Origin: Camelus ferus
Lineage: Eukaryota
Direction: 5' to 3'
NCBI RefSeq assembly: GCF_009834535.1
Contig: NC_045696.1
Span: 23,438,001-23,502,000, forward strand
Length of the DNA stretch: 64,000 nt
A program made the position numbers and the translations under genes. Positions within the stretch are counted from its first letter, which is position 1. Each line of letters opens with the position of its first letter. This document shows positions 39,711 through 54,367 of this stretch, one piece after another. The notes under the pieces are model-generated. The model was not told the DNA's origin, made no database searches, and was given only the letters and a program-made list of their open reading frames with translations.

Positions 39711-40379
39711 TACTAAAAACATTCCTTTTCTGCACAGGTCACCATTTACTGAACAATGTGAAAGATGCTAAGCAAAATATTTAACACTAAAAGTATGTTA
39801 TAGAATGCCAGGGCCATCCCAAATATAATTTTTATCCCTGAGGCCTGCGTCATTCAATGTAATACAACCTTCTTCAGCTACATCTACTCTGTTTTATCCT
39901 ATCCTGCTCTCCCACATTCATCACGTCCTATTTCTGCCTCACCCATCATCATAGATGCATTCACTTACAACTGCACTTCCTTGTCCTTCACTTCTGAAAT
40001 CAAACACTCCCACATGTTTAAGCAGTTTACATAGACTTTATCTTCTTATCCTAATTAAAACTTGGATCTCCCCCAAGTACACCATTTTCTCTATAAAAAT
40101 TCTATAATTATAAAAGCTACCATATCCCAGGTAATCGAGGGCTCTTTGCTATTCCTATACAAGGAGTCTATACAGACTTGGGAAGGAAACAATAAAAGGG
40201 ATTAATCTTGTGATTACTTAAACCATAAGCATATGCTCCCTACCACACTCATAATGTGGGTATTTGATGATGATGATGCTGCTGCTGATGATGGTAGCTG
40301 ATCAGGAAGGAAAAGAGGTACTTCTCCTCTGCATGTCCTTTATTCCTCCTCATCCATCTTTCCCCAAAAGAGTTCACAT

Positions 40380-40740
40380 TAGATCCCAATGACAGACGAA
40401 GCTATTCTTATTCAAAGCTGTACAGGGTCCAAGAATGGGAATACGATTAAGATAATGATTTGATGCAGATATCTGGCCATCACCTACCACACATTATCCT
40501 GGAATGTCCAATCATATGCTCAAACAATGACTAAATCCCTATTCCCTTGGTGCATCATATACATTTCATAGCCCCCATCATTCACTTTGAAAGGCTTTCT
40601 CCTCCAGTAGGAGTCTGCTGGCAGGCAGTGCAGGTGGATGAATCTTGGTGTCATTGTTGGTTGGGTGTCTGAGGCTTTCCACTTCAGACGGCAGCTTTCA
40701 ACAAAATCTTTCCCCAAATCCAACAGTGGATTTTCCTTTT
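40380..40740 (-). mobile_element. Possible ancient LINE (L4/RTE-X-like) ORF C-terminal remnant
   Basis: Minus-strand frames give KWKASD...LPADSYWRRK and, after a frameshift, C-I-*-C...FEHMIGHS, reminiscent of a degraded C-terminal CCHC knuckle. Weak. Confidence 0.3.
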
Positions 40741-43700
40741 ATTTTATTTGCTGAAATTTGGTCACATGGTTTCTTTTAGTTACAGTAGAGCCTAAAAACT
40801 CAGTATATGGCAAAAGGGGTCAGGAATGTCACATGTCGTTAAGAGCAATAATATTTTATCATATGACGATATTTTATGACATAGGAATGTTGCCATCCTC
40901 CGCAAGTGGGGGTTGTAGTTGCAAGGAAGAAGGTAGAAATAGATAGTCCATAAACCACTGTGTTTATCAATCAGCGGCTACAAATTATTTATTGTGAAAA
41001 ATCTTAATGTTAAAACCCACGGAAAAAATGGAAAGTTGTATATTGTTATTTATGGATGACTGCCAATGTTTTCACATTTAATTTCTTAAATGCACTATGT
41101 AATAATTTTATGAAATTCACAATATGTGGCAAAATTTTCCTAACAATATGAAAACCAAAGGGACAGATGATAAAGTGGAAAGTTTTGATTAAAGAAATGT
41201 TCATCAATTTCATCAAAGAAATCACCACGCCTGATTTCCAATGCCTTTGGTGGCCATCTACCAAGGCAATCTATTCCATATTTGGCATATGAACAGCAGT
41301 TATTCCTTACATTTGACCAAGTGAAAATGTGGTCATGGATTTACAGCTGTGCATGAAATAAAGTGTCTATATTTTCTAGTGGAAGATAGAAGCACCTCTT
41401 CATGAGTTATGAGATGGAATTATAAGTACTGTAACAAAGAACTCTCATTCTTGACTCCTGAAGACTAAGAAGGGAAAAAAATGTGCTATTGTAAGACTAG
41501 TGTGAGTCTCACAAGTGGCAGAAAGGTACTGACACTGATTGTTGATAAGGAATCGACAGACACCACAGAAGTAACCACCCCTCCCACGTTCACCAGGAAA
41601 TCGCAGCATGACAGCCACAAGATGAAGCAAGTACACTAAGAAATAGGAAATCGGATGATATCTTGTCTCTCGTCACAACTTCAAAAAAGCCATCACACAA
41701 GAAAAAGTTATTATATGAAGTTACAGGAAATGTGTGGAAAAAAATTAAATGAAAAACCTCATGTCTCACAATCTTGTTATTTTTATTTAGTTAATCCCTT
41801 TAAATCTCAGGTTACTCCATGGTTTGATATATTCCATTTCCTTGGGAGCTATTACATCTAATGGAAAAGTGATTTTATAGTACTAAATAATTGTACTAGA
41901 CAACAGCGAATGAGTAAATTATATAATAAAATCCTTGTTTAATAATATTCTGTAACTGTTGATAGAGACTATTTTTAAAATATGCTAAAAGTCTTTGAAA
42001 TAATAGGGGCTTCTCTTCTCAATATTGTTAGTGCTGGGAGCAATTAGGTAAATCATAGGAGGTCAGATTCTCCTTTTAAAGTCTCTACACAGCTCCAAAC
42101 GTGAAAAACATGTTCACAGAGAAGCTATGTGAAGTTTTTTACTTTCATTCTTTTGCAGCCTTAAGCAAAAGGGTGACAGTGATGCATCTCACCCCTCAGA
42201 ATTAATCTAATCTAGTTAACATATAATAACTGAAGTTTGCCATTTGTTAATTAATCAAACTAAGCAACAATTTATAAATGGATAATTGAGGAATTCACTG
42301 AACACTGATGTTCTAATAAAGAAATGAGTCCTATGACCAGATCTGAGTTGAGAATAGACTATATTATTAACACCTGTCTTCCGGGGAGAGGTGCATTTGA
42401 AGTTCTCTTGTCCAGGATAAATCACTTATTCTGACTCTACTCACTAAGAAATATTCCAGTTGTGACTTGGCTTCAGGTGCCTATAGGCAGAGCACATTAT
42501 AGCCTATCAACAACATATCTAGTCTAAATGGAAATAATATTTATCTTAAAAAAACAAATAAAAATGGCATTCCTGTCTATGCCTTAGACTCCTGTAAACT
42601 TGGTTTCATTTAGGTAACTGACAATATATATATTCCAGCCCCCCCCCCCCCCATCAGAACAGGGTGACTTTATCAGAAAACTTCCAAAGGGCTGCCTGCA
42701 TTGTGCTGGCTGTAAGCCTCTTCCTCACTCTTTCAAGCCCATTATCCCACACTGTCCTCTGAATATGAAAATTATGCCACTAGTCCACTCTTAGTAAAAG
42801 GTATCTAGTAGTTTCCCCAGAATTTGAGGTCAATTCTGAGGAACCACCAATACATAACTTTTACCAATAGAATATAATTGAAACTCAATTTTAGAAATAA
42901 AGGTAAGATTTATGGTCAATTATGGGAGAATGAATCTCTAACTTTAGTCTGGTTAGTACCTACTGCCAACTAACTGGGTTACCAACCCAGACACAATTCA
43001 GTAAGGAAGCCTACCTGGCTGCCAGGAAGGACCTGGATCCCTGGGAAATGCTAGCAACATACCAACAAGACATAACCTCTTCTTATTCCCTCATGCATTT
43101 TAAAAATTTAATCATTGCCTTCTCCCTGCTGTTTCCCTTCTATTTTATCTGCTACACTAATCATAATCATTGTTACATAGATTTATATTTGTCTTAGCAA
43201 AAATTCCAATAATCTATAGCAAAATGCACAGCATCTTACGTCTGTATGATGATCTAAAAGATTAGTTAACATCAATTAAGGCATTTGTTTTCCCTTTGTC
43301 CAGTACAAATATATGGTTTCAAACACAGCTCATTAAGTAACTTACAGAGACTATTTACTAAATGGATAAAGGGAAGGATTTTTGATGTTTCTGAAACTTT
43401 ACTCATATTATGGCCTGTCCATACCATAATCAAAGCAATATTTGGTGTAATAAGCCAGAAGGAAGAGAATTAGACTTGAAATATAATAAACCCAGGAGGG
43501 GAGGCCCAGTATAGGAAGCTGGAAGCAGTATGGTTTTGGCTAATGCCACACTCAATCATCTGCTACATGAAGTTTTGGCCAGGTTAGCTAGCTGCAGAAA
43601 CTTATCTCATTATGGAGGTGCAAGTTGACTAAAAACAGAGTAATTCTATTTTGTAATTACCACCTTTTCCCCCAGCTGCTCCCCTTCCCCAACATCCACA

Positions 43701-44847
43701 TCTAGTAACAAACAGATATATGGCATGAAAGTCTGGCCACAAGACAAAGAGTCCAGGTTATGTACCCCAGGATAGAACTCTAAAAACAGACACTTTGGAA
43801 ATCTCCACTTTGCTTCCTTAGATTTATTAATGATGTCTTCCCCAAAGGACCAATTAAGATTTTCCTCCCAAATCCAAGAATCCTTCTAGGTTACCAAGAG
43901 ATATTCTCTTTATTCAGAGCAAAAACAAATGTTTTAAAGTATTCACAGCAGGGGGGGGGGGTAGTTCTTTTATTCTATTTCTGTAAATGTCTGTTTGCAT
44001 TTATATATCATCTCCTAAAACTCTTGATAACACATTGTAAAAGTAAACCAATGGGTATAAAATATTTTAAAGTCAATACAATAAAATCTGGTTGAGGGAT
44101 ATTCTCCTTTCACTTCTGATACATAGTAAGATGTCTACCTTCATATATATTAAATCAAATACATCACTGCATTTACAAGGGGAGAAACAGTATATTTCCT
44201 AGAGACAGAAGGGTTTAGACTAGACATTTGTATTCATAGAGCTCCACTGAAGAAGTGTTAGGCTTTTCTGGGAAAATGACTTACTTAAAGTAAGAGCCAG
44301 AAATTGGTGCCATCAAGGGATGCACACAGCCAGCTCCTTGCTCCTAAATTGCTGCTGTTACGTCTCTGCTTCCTCTGTCTTCTCATTCTGTAATTGGCCC
44401 TATAATTTAGTTTTGACCTGTTCCTGCCTAGTACCCTGTGCCCACTCCTGTAGCCTTCTACCACCTAAGGAATGAAGTTCCATCCTGAACCCTCACCAGC
44501 AAGGGAGACCTATGCCTTCAGAAAGGTCAGTTGTGAAAACAATGTCCACTGTTTACTTGGGTCACAGTATCTCATGTTTTCTGATTTATTGGCTACTGAT
44601 CTGACTGGAAATGACTTTTTTCTGCATTGCGAATTAGACTACAATCAACACTTCTCAAAAGTTGAGCTCCCAATTCATCACCCATTTCCCATCAGCATAT
44701 ATACTGAGTCACTTCCTCTGTCTCAGTTTTTCCCCATAGAACAGGTTTTGTGGTTGCCACCGAAACCTGTGCAGGTAGATTTTTGACGCTGTCCTACTGT
44801 AAAAAGACCACCAATATTCAGGCATGAGTCAACCTAAGGTGTGATAT

Positions 44848-45498
44848 TGTGGTGGGCTGAACTCTAAAAATATACCAGCACCATCCAAGACTTCCATTCC
44901 ATGAATATTTAAACATTTAGCTAGGCATGGTTATCAGGTGCAATTAAGGTTATTAATCAGCTGACCTTCAAACAAGGAGATTATCCTGGTTTATCAGGAT
45001 GGACTCAATACAACTCTATAAAGAAAAGTGTTAAAGGGTGAGCTTGAGAAATGCATTAGAAGAAAAAGACAAGAGATACAGCAGAAAGAGGAAGTCAGAG
45101 AGATTCTAAGCAGGAGGAGTGTTCAACTGCACATTGTTGCTGACTCTGAGATGTAGGGGCCCATGTACAAGGACTGAGAAGGATCTCTAGGAGAGGCGAG
45201 AAAATACCAGTTGACAGCCGACAAGAAGTGGAGACCTTGGTCAGTACAACCACAAGGGACTGAAGTCGGCCAACAACCTGACAGATCTTAGAAGTCGATT
45301 CTTTCTCAGAAGTTCCAGGTAAGATCCCAGATCACTGGTAGCTTGATTTCAGCTTTGTGAGACAAGACACAGGGCAAAGAAACCAGTTAAGCCATTCTGG
45401 ACATATGACCTATAGAACTGTATGGTCATAGATTTGTATTGTCTTAAGCCATTGACTTTATGATAATTTGTTATGACAGCAATAAGAAACTATTTATA
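44848..45498 (+). mobile_element. MLT1 (D/E-like) solo LTR
   Basis: Start tgtggtgggctgaa; taatcagctgaccttcaaacaaggagattatcctgg; end ttaagccattgactttatgataatttgttatgacagcaataagaaacta. Confidence 0.85.
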
Positions 45499-45789
45499 GA
45501 TGTACAATTCACTCATATAATTTTTTGTGTGAAAAAGGAAAGAAATTTTTAGGAAACAGTCACCTTTGGTTAAGGTTAATATTAATATTCTTTCTTGTGT
45601 ACACACGAGTTTATATTTCTTATAGTTCCTACACCACTTTATTAGTAGAAGTTTTCTGTAACCAAACATGTCTCCATTCATTAGACATATATTGAATATC
45701 ACCTCTGTCCAAAGGTCTTTGGCAGGTACAAAGAATCCCGCCTATTGACTCATCCTTGATGGAAGATGAGCTGACCCCAAAGCCTAAAT

Positions 45790-46338
45790 ACCTTAACACA
45801 GCAAACACAGTGTTCAATCATCTACATTCTGCCTATAATTATCCACTTCCCCTTATGACCCAGCCAGACATGACACCAGCTTCTTTTTAAATCCTTGTTT
45901 TCCTTTCATGCCTTTGAAACTTGAAACTTACAGTTCCATACCTCAAGGCAGCTTTTCACTCTGTCGGGAACACACCTCCCCCAGATAGCCAGGTGACTCT
46001 CTCACTCACCTTCTTCAAGTCTTTGTCACGTTTTGTTCTTTAAAAGAGCCCTATCCCGACCACTCTATTGAACATTGCAAACTACCATCACCTATACTGT
46101 CTGAATTGGCCTTATTCCTGCACAATTTCTATTCCATGACACTTAGCAACATCCAATGTGCTATATTATTCATTTATTACATTCATTGAGTGTTATTTCT
46201 CTCTTCTCCTAATAAAATATAACTTACACAAGAAAGTAATGTTTATCTCCTATGTTCACTGAGTATCTCCAGCACCTGGAACAGTGTCTGGCTTGTAACA
46301 TATAGACCCTTTATAAATATTGATACATCACTGAATGA
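45790..46338 (+). mobile_element. L2 3' end
   Basis: ctcactcaccttcttcaagtctttg...gtatctccagcacctggaacagtgtctggc...aaatattg...tgaatgaat. Confidence 0.8.
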
Positions 46339-48751
46339 ATCTTACCAAGAACTTATATTTTTCAACAGTTATTTGTAGGGTGAAGTTTGGGAGAGCCCAG
46401 ATGATGTCCATGAAAAGTGGAGAACTGATAGGTCCACAGGTCACCTTGCTAAGGTCAGGAAGTGATCAGGGCCTGGGACTTCACAATTGTCAAGTGTCTG
46501 GTGTGTCCAACATTCTTCTAGGAGTAATCTAGAAGGGAAGCATTGTTAGATGGGTTTTGGTGAAGTAAGGGTTAAATTTACATAAATAGGATGCTACCAA
46601 AAATGAATATCCTTCCAATTCTTGAAAGAGAACAAGACAGTTTATGTCACACTCATAAATTCAACTGCCACTTTATGTTTCAATAAAGACAAAAATCATG
46701 CTTAAATGAATATAATATTTATTACTTCTCTACTGCCATTCCTGTTGGCTGAGAATCTCCTTTAGGATAAACCTTGCAATCCATGACTGACATTTTTTTC
46801 CTTGTCTTCTTTTTTTTTAAAAAACATTTTTACTTTGTTATTCATATCCCAGAAATGCAAGGATTAAAACTGTAAAGATTGGAGAAGCCTTTTTCTTTCT
46901 TGTTACAAGTTGTTCGCTTTGACATTCTTTAACATTTTCTGATGGCTGATTCATTATTCAAAGTTGTACCTAGAAGAAAAAGAGTTTACAAACAGCTACA
47001 AGCACCTATGAAGCCACATATGGCTATCCACACATAAACCAAAGCCACAAACTGATATTTATTAAACTTCAAAAGTGTAAGGAGGTTCTTCTGGGATATG
47101 TGACTGAAAAGCACTGACACTGTGAGTGACAAGGAGCCAGTGTGCTCACTGGTAAAGAAATTCTAGCTCATGCTGGCATTGAACAACATGCTTGAACTTG
47201 CCCACCATTTAGCAGGTTACAGTGTGCCAACTTTACAGAGGAAAGGTTTATTAAGGAAAACTTTCAGCCTCTCCTTCTTTAGCCCTCTGTATCTTGTCCA
47301 AAGCAGTTTTGTCAAAGCCAAAGTTTTAAGGGCTGGGCTCAATTTCTCCATTTTAAATAGGGACCACAAATAAAACTGTCAACCAGTAAGAATAAATGTA
47401 GTGAGCTTCTTGCCCAAAGTGGTAGAGTTAGTTTGGCCACCAATGCCAGAGCAAATACATCCATAGGGCTCATTCAAAGAGTGACAGATGTTGACTTGGC
47501 CCCAACAACAGCAAGTGGAAAAACTCAGTCCTCAAATCACCTCATTGTGGGTTTGCATGTTTTAAGTTATGCCTACTGCAACCTAAATAGCAGTTATTTC
47601 AAACATGTTTTCATCCCCCAAATCCTAAAATGGATCTAATCACATAGTTTCATACTTAAAAACACAACAAGCAAACATGACAAATTTTCTTTTAAAACTG
47701 GAGGCAGAGCAGATAAACAAAGATAAATTGAAACCCAACATGTTTAGGTATGAGAGATGAAGAGAACAGTAATTTTTTTTTGGAAAAATGATGCAAATCA
47801 TTTTGTAAAAGAACCTCAAATCTGTCTGGCAAGTTTCAATTTTAAAGGCAATCTCAACAGACTGAAAAATCTATATTAGGTGTTCCAGAGAACACTCACA
47901 GTAAAATAATTTCTATGACTACAAAGCATCTGCTATTTGCATTTCTTAAGGTAATGGTTGTCAATACTCTTAGAATCACCAAAAGATCTGTTTAAAAATT
48001 CAATGCCTAGGTCTAACTGTTGACCAATTAAACTAGAATTTCTGGGAGTGAGACCCAAGTGACTCTAAAGTCCAGCCAGGATTGTAAACTGAGGAGGTGT
48101 ACAAGCAAAGGGAAGGTAATAAGCACTGTGAGAAAAATGCTTTCCACACTTGCCTGATGATGCCTGTCTCCTGGAATGCTTCTTAACACCTGTTGCATAC
48201 CAATCTCCGGGGGACAGCTTGGGAAATGTATTTTTAAACAGCAACACCGTAATCTTTATCACCAGGAAACTGGTCTCCTGGAATAAGAAATGTTAACTAT
48301 ATAAAGGCTTTAGCAGATACCCATGGAAAGCACTTGAGAACAAAATGTTATTTAACCTGACCTCCAAATCACCACCTAAGCCTTTTCTCAGGTGACATGT
48401 AAGGCCTACGTTAACTGAGGCACACTCAAGAGGAAGCTCGTTTCCCCTAATATTCTTATTGAAACCCCAAGAAAAGGGAGATGTGAAAAAAGTCAAGAAC
48501 AAGACGACATGCTCAGACACCTGGGCCACAGTGTTGGAGAACGGGGGAGACTTTATAAAAAGAACTGAATTAGGAAAGATCCTCTCATGTCATTGTCTTG
48601 TAAACAGTCACTCTCTTTACACAAAACAGTGTGTTCTGTTCACTCTGTTTTGTTGTGTTGAGCTGGGGCCTGGAACACCTTCAGGATGGCAGATGCCTCC
48701 AACTTCGCAAAGTCTGATGATACATGTAATTTGGCCATTTAATAGAATACC

Positions 48752-49142
48752 AAAAAAAAAAAAACACGTGAGAAGATGCTCAGCATCACTATCTCATAGA
48801 GAAATGCAAATCAAAACTATAATGAGGTATCATAAATGAAGTCTACAAATAATAAATGCTGGAGAAGTTGAGGAGAAAATGGGGCCCTCCTACACTGTTG
48901 GTGGGAATGTAAATTGGTGCAACAACTATGGAAAACAGTATGGAGCTGTTAAAAAACTAAAAATAGAGTTACCATGTGATCCAGCAATCCCACTCCTGGG
49001 CATATATCCAGAAAATACAAAAGCTCTAATTCAAAAAGACACATGCACCCCAATGTTCATAACAACACTATTTATAATAGCCAAGATATGGAAGCAACCT
49101 AAGTGTCCATCAACAGAGGAATGGATAAAGAAGATTTGGTAT

Positions 49143-49196
<54 letters not shown>

Positions 49197-49520
49197 GAGT
49201 ATTACTCAACCATAAAAAATAATGAAACGATGCCATTTACAGCAATTTGGGTGGACCTAGAAATTATTATACTAAGTGAAGTAAGACAGAGAAAGACAAA
49301 TATCATATAATATCACACATATGAATCTAAACATAGTGAAAATGAACTTATTTACAAACAGACAGACTCAGACATAGATAACAAACTTATGGTTATCAAA
49401 GGAGAAGGGGAGGGGGAGGGATAAATTGGGAGTATGGGATTAACAGATGCACATTACCATATATAAAATAGATTAAGAGACAAGGGTATACTATATAGCA
49501 CAGAGAAATATATTAAAAAA
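48752..49520 (+). mobile_element. 5'-truncated L1 with ORF2 C-terminus, internal (CA)n and 3'UTR
   Basis: ORF 48879-49310 reads YTVGGNVNW...KIELPCDPAIPLLGIYP...KDTCTPMFI..LF.IAK.WKQPKCPS..EWIKK.W...MEYYS.IK, the canonical L1 ORF2 end. Confidence 0.95.
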
Positions 49521-51600
49521 TAATATACTAAAACTTATCATAAGTATCAGTTTAAAAGGCTGCATTTTACTCTTTTACTATTTATTTTACTACTTTTACT
49601 ATTTTATGTTTAGTAATTTGTTTTACTACTTCTCTCTTGCAACACTGGGGTAGTACCGTATATATTTGTTTACTATCCCTCTAACAGATCATAACATAAA
49701 GAGAGCAAAGGCAGGCTTTTACACTGTGCCATTGAATTTCCTGCATTATTTTCCCTGAGAGACCTCCTAACATCAGTGGCAATGCCCTGTGAAATGGGAG
49801 AGAAGACTGGTGGGCACAGTAACGTTCTGTAGCAGTCAAGTGGGATATGATGGTAGTACCAGCAGAACATGGTGATACCAGGGACTGCTGGGCAAGGAAT
49901 GTAAAAGAGCACCTTAGGAACAAACGGAGTAACCACTAGAATATTCTCAGGCATAACTTTACTTACTTCAACTTGAGTAAGACTTGACATCTAGTAGAGA
50001 ATGTCAAGGCCAAAGCCAGAAAGATTAGAGAGGTTACCATATCCGCATCTCTACCCAAAGGCACAAAAGGTCAAGAGATACTTAAATTTAATCAAACTTA
50101 AAAAAATAGTATAAAATAACATGTACATAATAATTCCAGTTGTGTTAGAGAAATATGGGTGCAGATTTTTAAACTTTAATGATATAGAAGACATGGTTAA
50201 CAGTGTTTATCTCTGGGTAGTAGGATTGTGAGTGATTTGGGTTTTTTTTTTTTTTTGCTTAATTATATTTTCTAAAGGCATATTTTGTAATAAGATAAGG
50301 TTTAAAAGTTATAAAAATATTGTGATTGTTCAAAATTTTATTGTATACTATATATTTATGATTTAAGGAAGTTTTCAAGCCTCAGTGTCTGAGGTAATTT
50401 ATTGGTTTAAGCCATTCTCATAGCAACAGGTTGTTAAATAAACAAATATGTATATTATAAAACTCAAGTTATACCTTCAACCCCTGTGGCTGAGGAACAA
50501 TTAAGTGTTCATGATTAAAACACAAGAAAATCGTGCGGGTTTTTTGTTGTCAAATACAAATGTTTTTCAATAAAAACTATTCACTGTGTTGGCTAATATT
50601 TTTTCACTTTAACTTTATTCTGTTACTCCTGACTGTCTCATGAGGCATCAAAACTATTAACATCATTGACTGAATAAACACAAGATTCTGTGTCTTTAGT
50701 TCTGGGACCCAAATCCTATTACTATTTCAGGTGTCCAACTTGCTCACCATCATAGGGAGGAAGTAACTTGAGAATAATTGTTTTAACTAAAAGTCAGACT
50801 TGTTAAACACAGAGCAGAAAATCAAGGTTCTATTTAGTTATTCCTTAAAAAACCAGAATTTTGTAATATACTAGAGTACAATCCATCTCCATTTATAGTC
50901 ATTTTAATGTATTACTCTTTGAATCTTAGTTAAAAACAATGTATTTTAATGAGTAACTAGTAACAAGGATTCAAAAGGGCCAATTACTTGTTACATGTAA
51001 GGGTTACATGTTAAAAATGCTGTACCTTGAAGATTTTAATTATAACTCACATTTTCTCTTTGTTGAGCAAACACTGAAGTTTTTGTAATTGCATTTCAAG
51101 ATATGCTTTAAGAGAGAAGTAATAATACAGTAGTTGGATTGCAGTGTGACTAAGAAAAACACCTCCCCAAACCCTTAGACCCCAGAATGGTACATGGTGA
51201 AATGGGGAGAGAGAGACATCATTTACCAGAATAGTATCATAACCTAATAACAGCTAAACGTACTATGCTCCTCTCTTCCTGATGAGGTACACACTGAAAT
51301 GGAATGACTTCATAGCAGATCCAGGTGAATGGAATTGTCTATTGATTTAAGAAAAGTATCTAATGGAAATTTAATTTAGCTAACTTTATTAAATAGAAAG
51401 GTATATAAAGGGCACATCTAAAATGTTGCCATCTGAAACAGTAAACTTTTAAAATACAGCATGCACATCATTATTCTGGTGATTGATGCCTCTTTTATAG
51501 ATGACTTTCCAGACTATTGTTCTGGACTCTGTAATTCTGAAAAAGAGTTCCCAGGATGGCATTTAAGAACAACATGGCCACAATCACTCCATAGCAAAAG

Positions 51601-51665
51601 TTATCATCCACATTATCATCATCATCCACATTATCATCATTATCCACATTATCATCATCATCCTA
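51601..51665. repeat. 18-bp tandem repeat (TTATCATCATCATCCACA)-like, ~3.5 copies
   Basis: Directly visible; derived from (CAT)n. Confidence 0.85.
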
Positions 51666-52799
51666 GTTATGGCAAATAAAACTATAATTAGGAACCATCA
51701 TTTTGAATCTGACTTTTGGCTTAAGTCACAGATATGGCACCCTCCTGCCATGTTAGGTTAACCTTTTAAGGAATAACTACCAAAAGTAGAGACATGAACT
51801 GCCAGTGAAAATCAGCTAAGATTTTCAAAAATTATTTCATAGATGTATCATAAACCATAAGAATGTGAGAATACAATGAAAGACACAATTTTTATATATT
51901 TTTTATTTTGTATTGCTTATTAAAAAGAAGAACTTGAATTCTTGATATTGAAGCTTCTTCTTCTGTGACTTATTCAGTTTCCTCTAACATTACCATTACT
52001 AGTCGAGTATAGTAAAAAGTCTTTCATCAGAAAATGAGTTAATGCTATAGAATTATTGGACATGTAAAAATATTGGCAGTAGAATAAATTTACTTGCAGT
52101 ACTGAGGATAAAAATGGACAACTGTAACTAAAGAGGAAAAAAAACATGTAGAGATTCATTGAAACTCAGTCATAAGCAGTACCTAATAGGTGGAAAGTCA
52201 CTGTTTGCAACAGAACTGAATGTTTTGTAGCCATGAGAAATTTCATTGAGCTGTATTTTTAAGCAAAGCCTATGGGCAAAAACAAAAACAAAAACCAACC
52301 AAACAAACAAAAAAATGCCATGAGTCATGTTCTAATTGTGAGGGACACTTAGGTAGTGACTAGTAGTGACACGTGTTTGGAGAAAGACTATAGTTACAAT
52401 CCAAAGCATAATAGTCCACCTGTGAAAATTGGCCTTTTAAATCCTATCTGAACATACAGATCACACATTCCACTCAAACCTATGCCCATCTTCACAGAAA
52501 TGGGAGAATAACATAATATATTTATTATAAGTGGCTAGAATACAGCTGTGTTGAACACTGTTTAAACATTAGTGTTAAACTAATCTTTAATAAGGAAACT
52601 GATGGGCATGAAAGAGTCAACCAAGAATATTGAGGTGGAGGATCAATTAAAGCATAGCAGTGACTGAAATACAGAATAATGAGCTAAGGAACAGGCAATA
52701 CAAAGGAACCAGTCCTCCTTTGACTCAGGAATATACATGAAAAAGTAGCATCCATTAGAGAAGACAGATAAAGAGTCAGTATCCATTGTAGTACTCCCT

Positions 52800-53075
52800 A
52801 TGTGCTTGTCTTTAAACTTCTTAATGGTGTCATTTAAAGGTCATTTAACTTTGTTCAAATCCAAGTTATAAAATTTTGTTGTTATAAATTATGCATTTGA
52901 TGTAAGATCTAGGAAATCTTTGCTTAACCTAAAGTCATAAAAATTTTCTCTTATGTTTTACCCTAGAAGTGCCATAGTTTTATCTATTGTATTGAAGTCT
53001 ATGGTCCAGTACCATTTATTGAGAAGACCAGACTTTCCCAGTTGGATTGCCTTGGAACATTTGTCAAAAATCAAT
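52800..53075 (-). mobile_element. L1 ORF2 fragment (antisense)
   Basis: gaaatctttgcttaacctaaagtcataaaaattttctc and ccagtaccatttattgagaagacc...ttgccttggaacatttgtcaaaaatcaa. Confidence 0.8.
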
Positions 53076-54367
53076 ACAAAGTTAATATTGTTAAGAAGAC
53101 AATCTTCCAAAAAACTAATCTACAGATTCTATACAACCCTTATTAACATCTCAGTTGTTTCATTTTTATTTTTTGGAGTTTGACAAGCTGATCATAAAAT
53201 TTATGTGTAACAGAAGGGAATCCAGAATATCTGAAACAATCCTGAGGAAGAAGAAAAAAGTTGGAGGAATCACTTTTCCTGATTTTAACACTTACTACAA
53301 ACCTACAATAAACAACACACAGTAGTGCTGGCTTAAGGATAAATATACAGATCAATGGAATAGAATTGAGAGCCCAGAAATAAACTCTTACATGTATGGT
53401 TCATTGATTTTCAACAAGGGTGCCAAACGATTCAAAGGAGAAAAAAAGTCTTTTCAACATGTGGTTCTGGAAAAGCTGAATAACCACATGAAAAAGAAAA
53501 AAAAAAAAAAAAAGCTGGAACCCTTCTTTACGCCATAAATAAAAATTAACTCAAAATTATTATGGACCTAAATGTTAGAGCTAAAACTATAAAAGGCTTT
53601 AAAGAAAATATAGGAGTAAATCTTCATGGTCTTGGATTATGCAAAACCTTCAGAAGTATGACATCAAAGCACAAGAGATAAAAGAAATATTAGATAAATT
53701 AAACTTTATCAAAATTAAAAACTTTAGTGCTGCAAACAATATCATCAAGAAAGCAAAACAGACAATTGACAGAATAGGAGAAAATAATTGTAAATTATAT
53801 ATCTGATAAGGGAATCATACAAAATACGTAAATAGTTACAACTCAATAATAAAGAGACAGCTCAAGTTTTTTAAAAAATGGGCAAAGGATGTGAATAGAC
53901 ATTTCTTCAAAGAAAATACACAAATGACCAAGAAGCACATCAAAAAAAAATGTTCTACATAATAAGCCATTAGAAATATACAAATAAAAACCATAATGCG
54001 ATACTACTTCACATCCACTAGAATAGCTATAATGAAAAAGATAATAATAAGTATTGGTAAAGATGTGGAGAAACTGGAACCCTTACACATTGCTGGTCAG
54101 AATGTAAAATGGTGCAGCCCGCTTTGGAAAATTGTTTGGCAGTTCCTCGAAATATTAAACATAGAGTTAACACATGAGACCCAGTAATTCCACTTCTAAA
54201 TATATGTCCAAGAGAAATGAAAACATGTCCACACAAACACTTGTACACAATTGTTCATAGCATAATTATTGGCAGAAACCAAAACATGGAAACAACTCAA
54301 ATGTTCATCAGCTGATGAATAGATAAATAAATGTAATATAACCAAACAGTGAAATATTATTCTGCCA
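53076..54367 (+). mobile_element. L1 (L1MB-like) ORF2 3' half
   Basis: gatcaatggaatagaattgagagcccagaaataaac, ttgattttcaacaagggtgccaa, and ORF 53996-54187 MRYYFTSTRIA...KDVEKLEPLHIAG.NVKWCS. Confidence 0.9.

Noticed and set aside
48879..49310. Longest ORF (143 aa) as a host gene
   Set aside because: It is the L1 ORF2 C-terminus with an in-frame (CA)n, inside a 5'-truncated copy.
51461..51679. His-rich peptide ORF (HYHHHP repeats)
   Set aside because: It results from translating a (CAT)n-derived 18-bp tandem repeat; there is no promoter or splice context. The repeat has no unique spacers, so it is not CRISPR-like.
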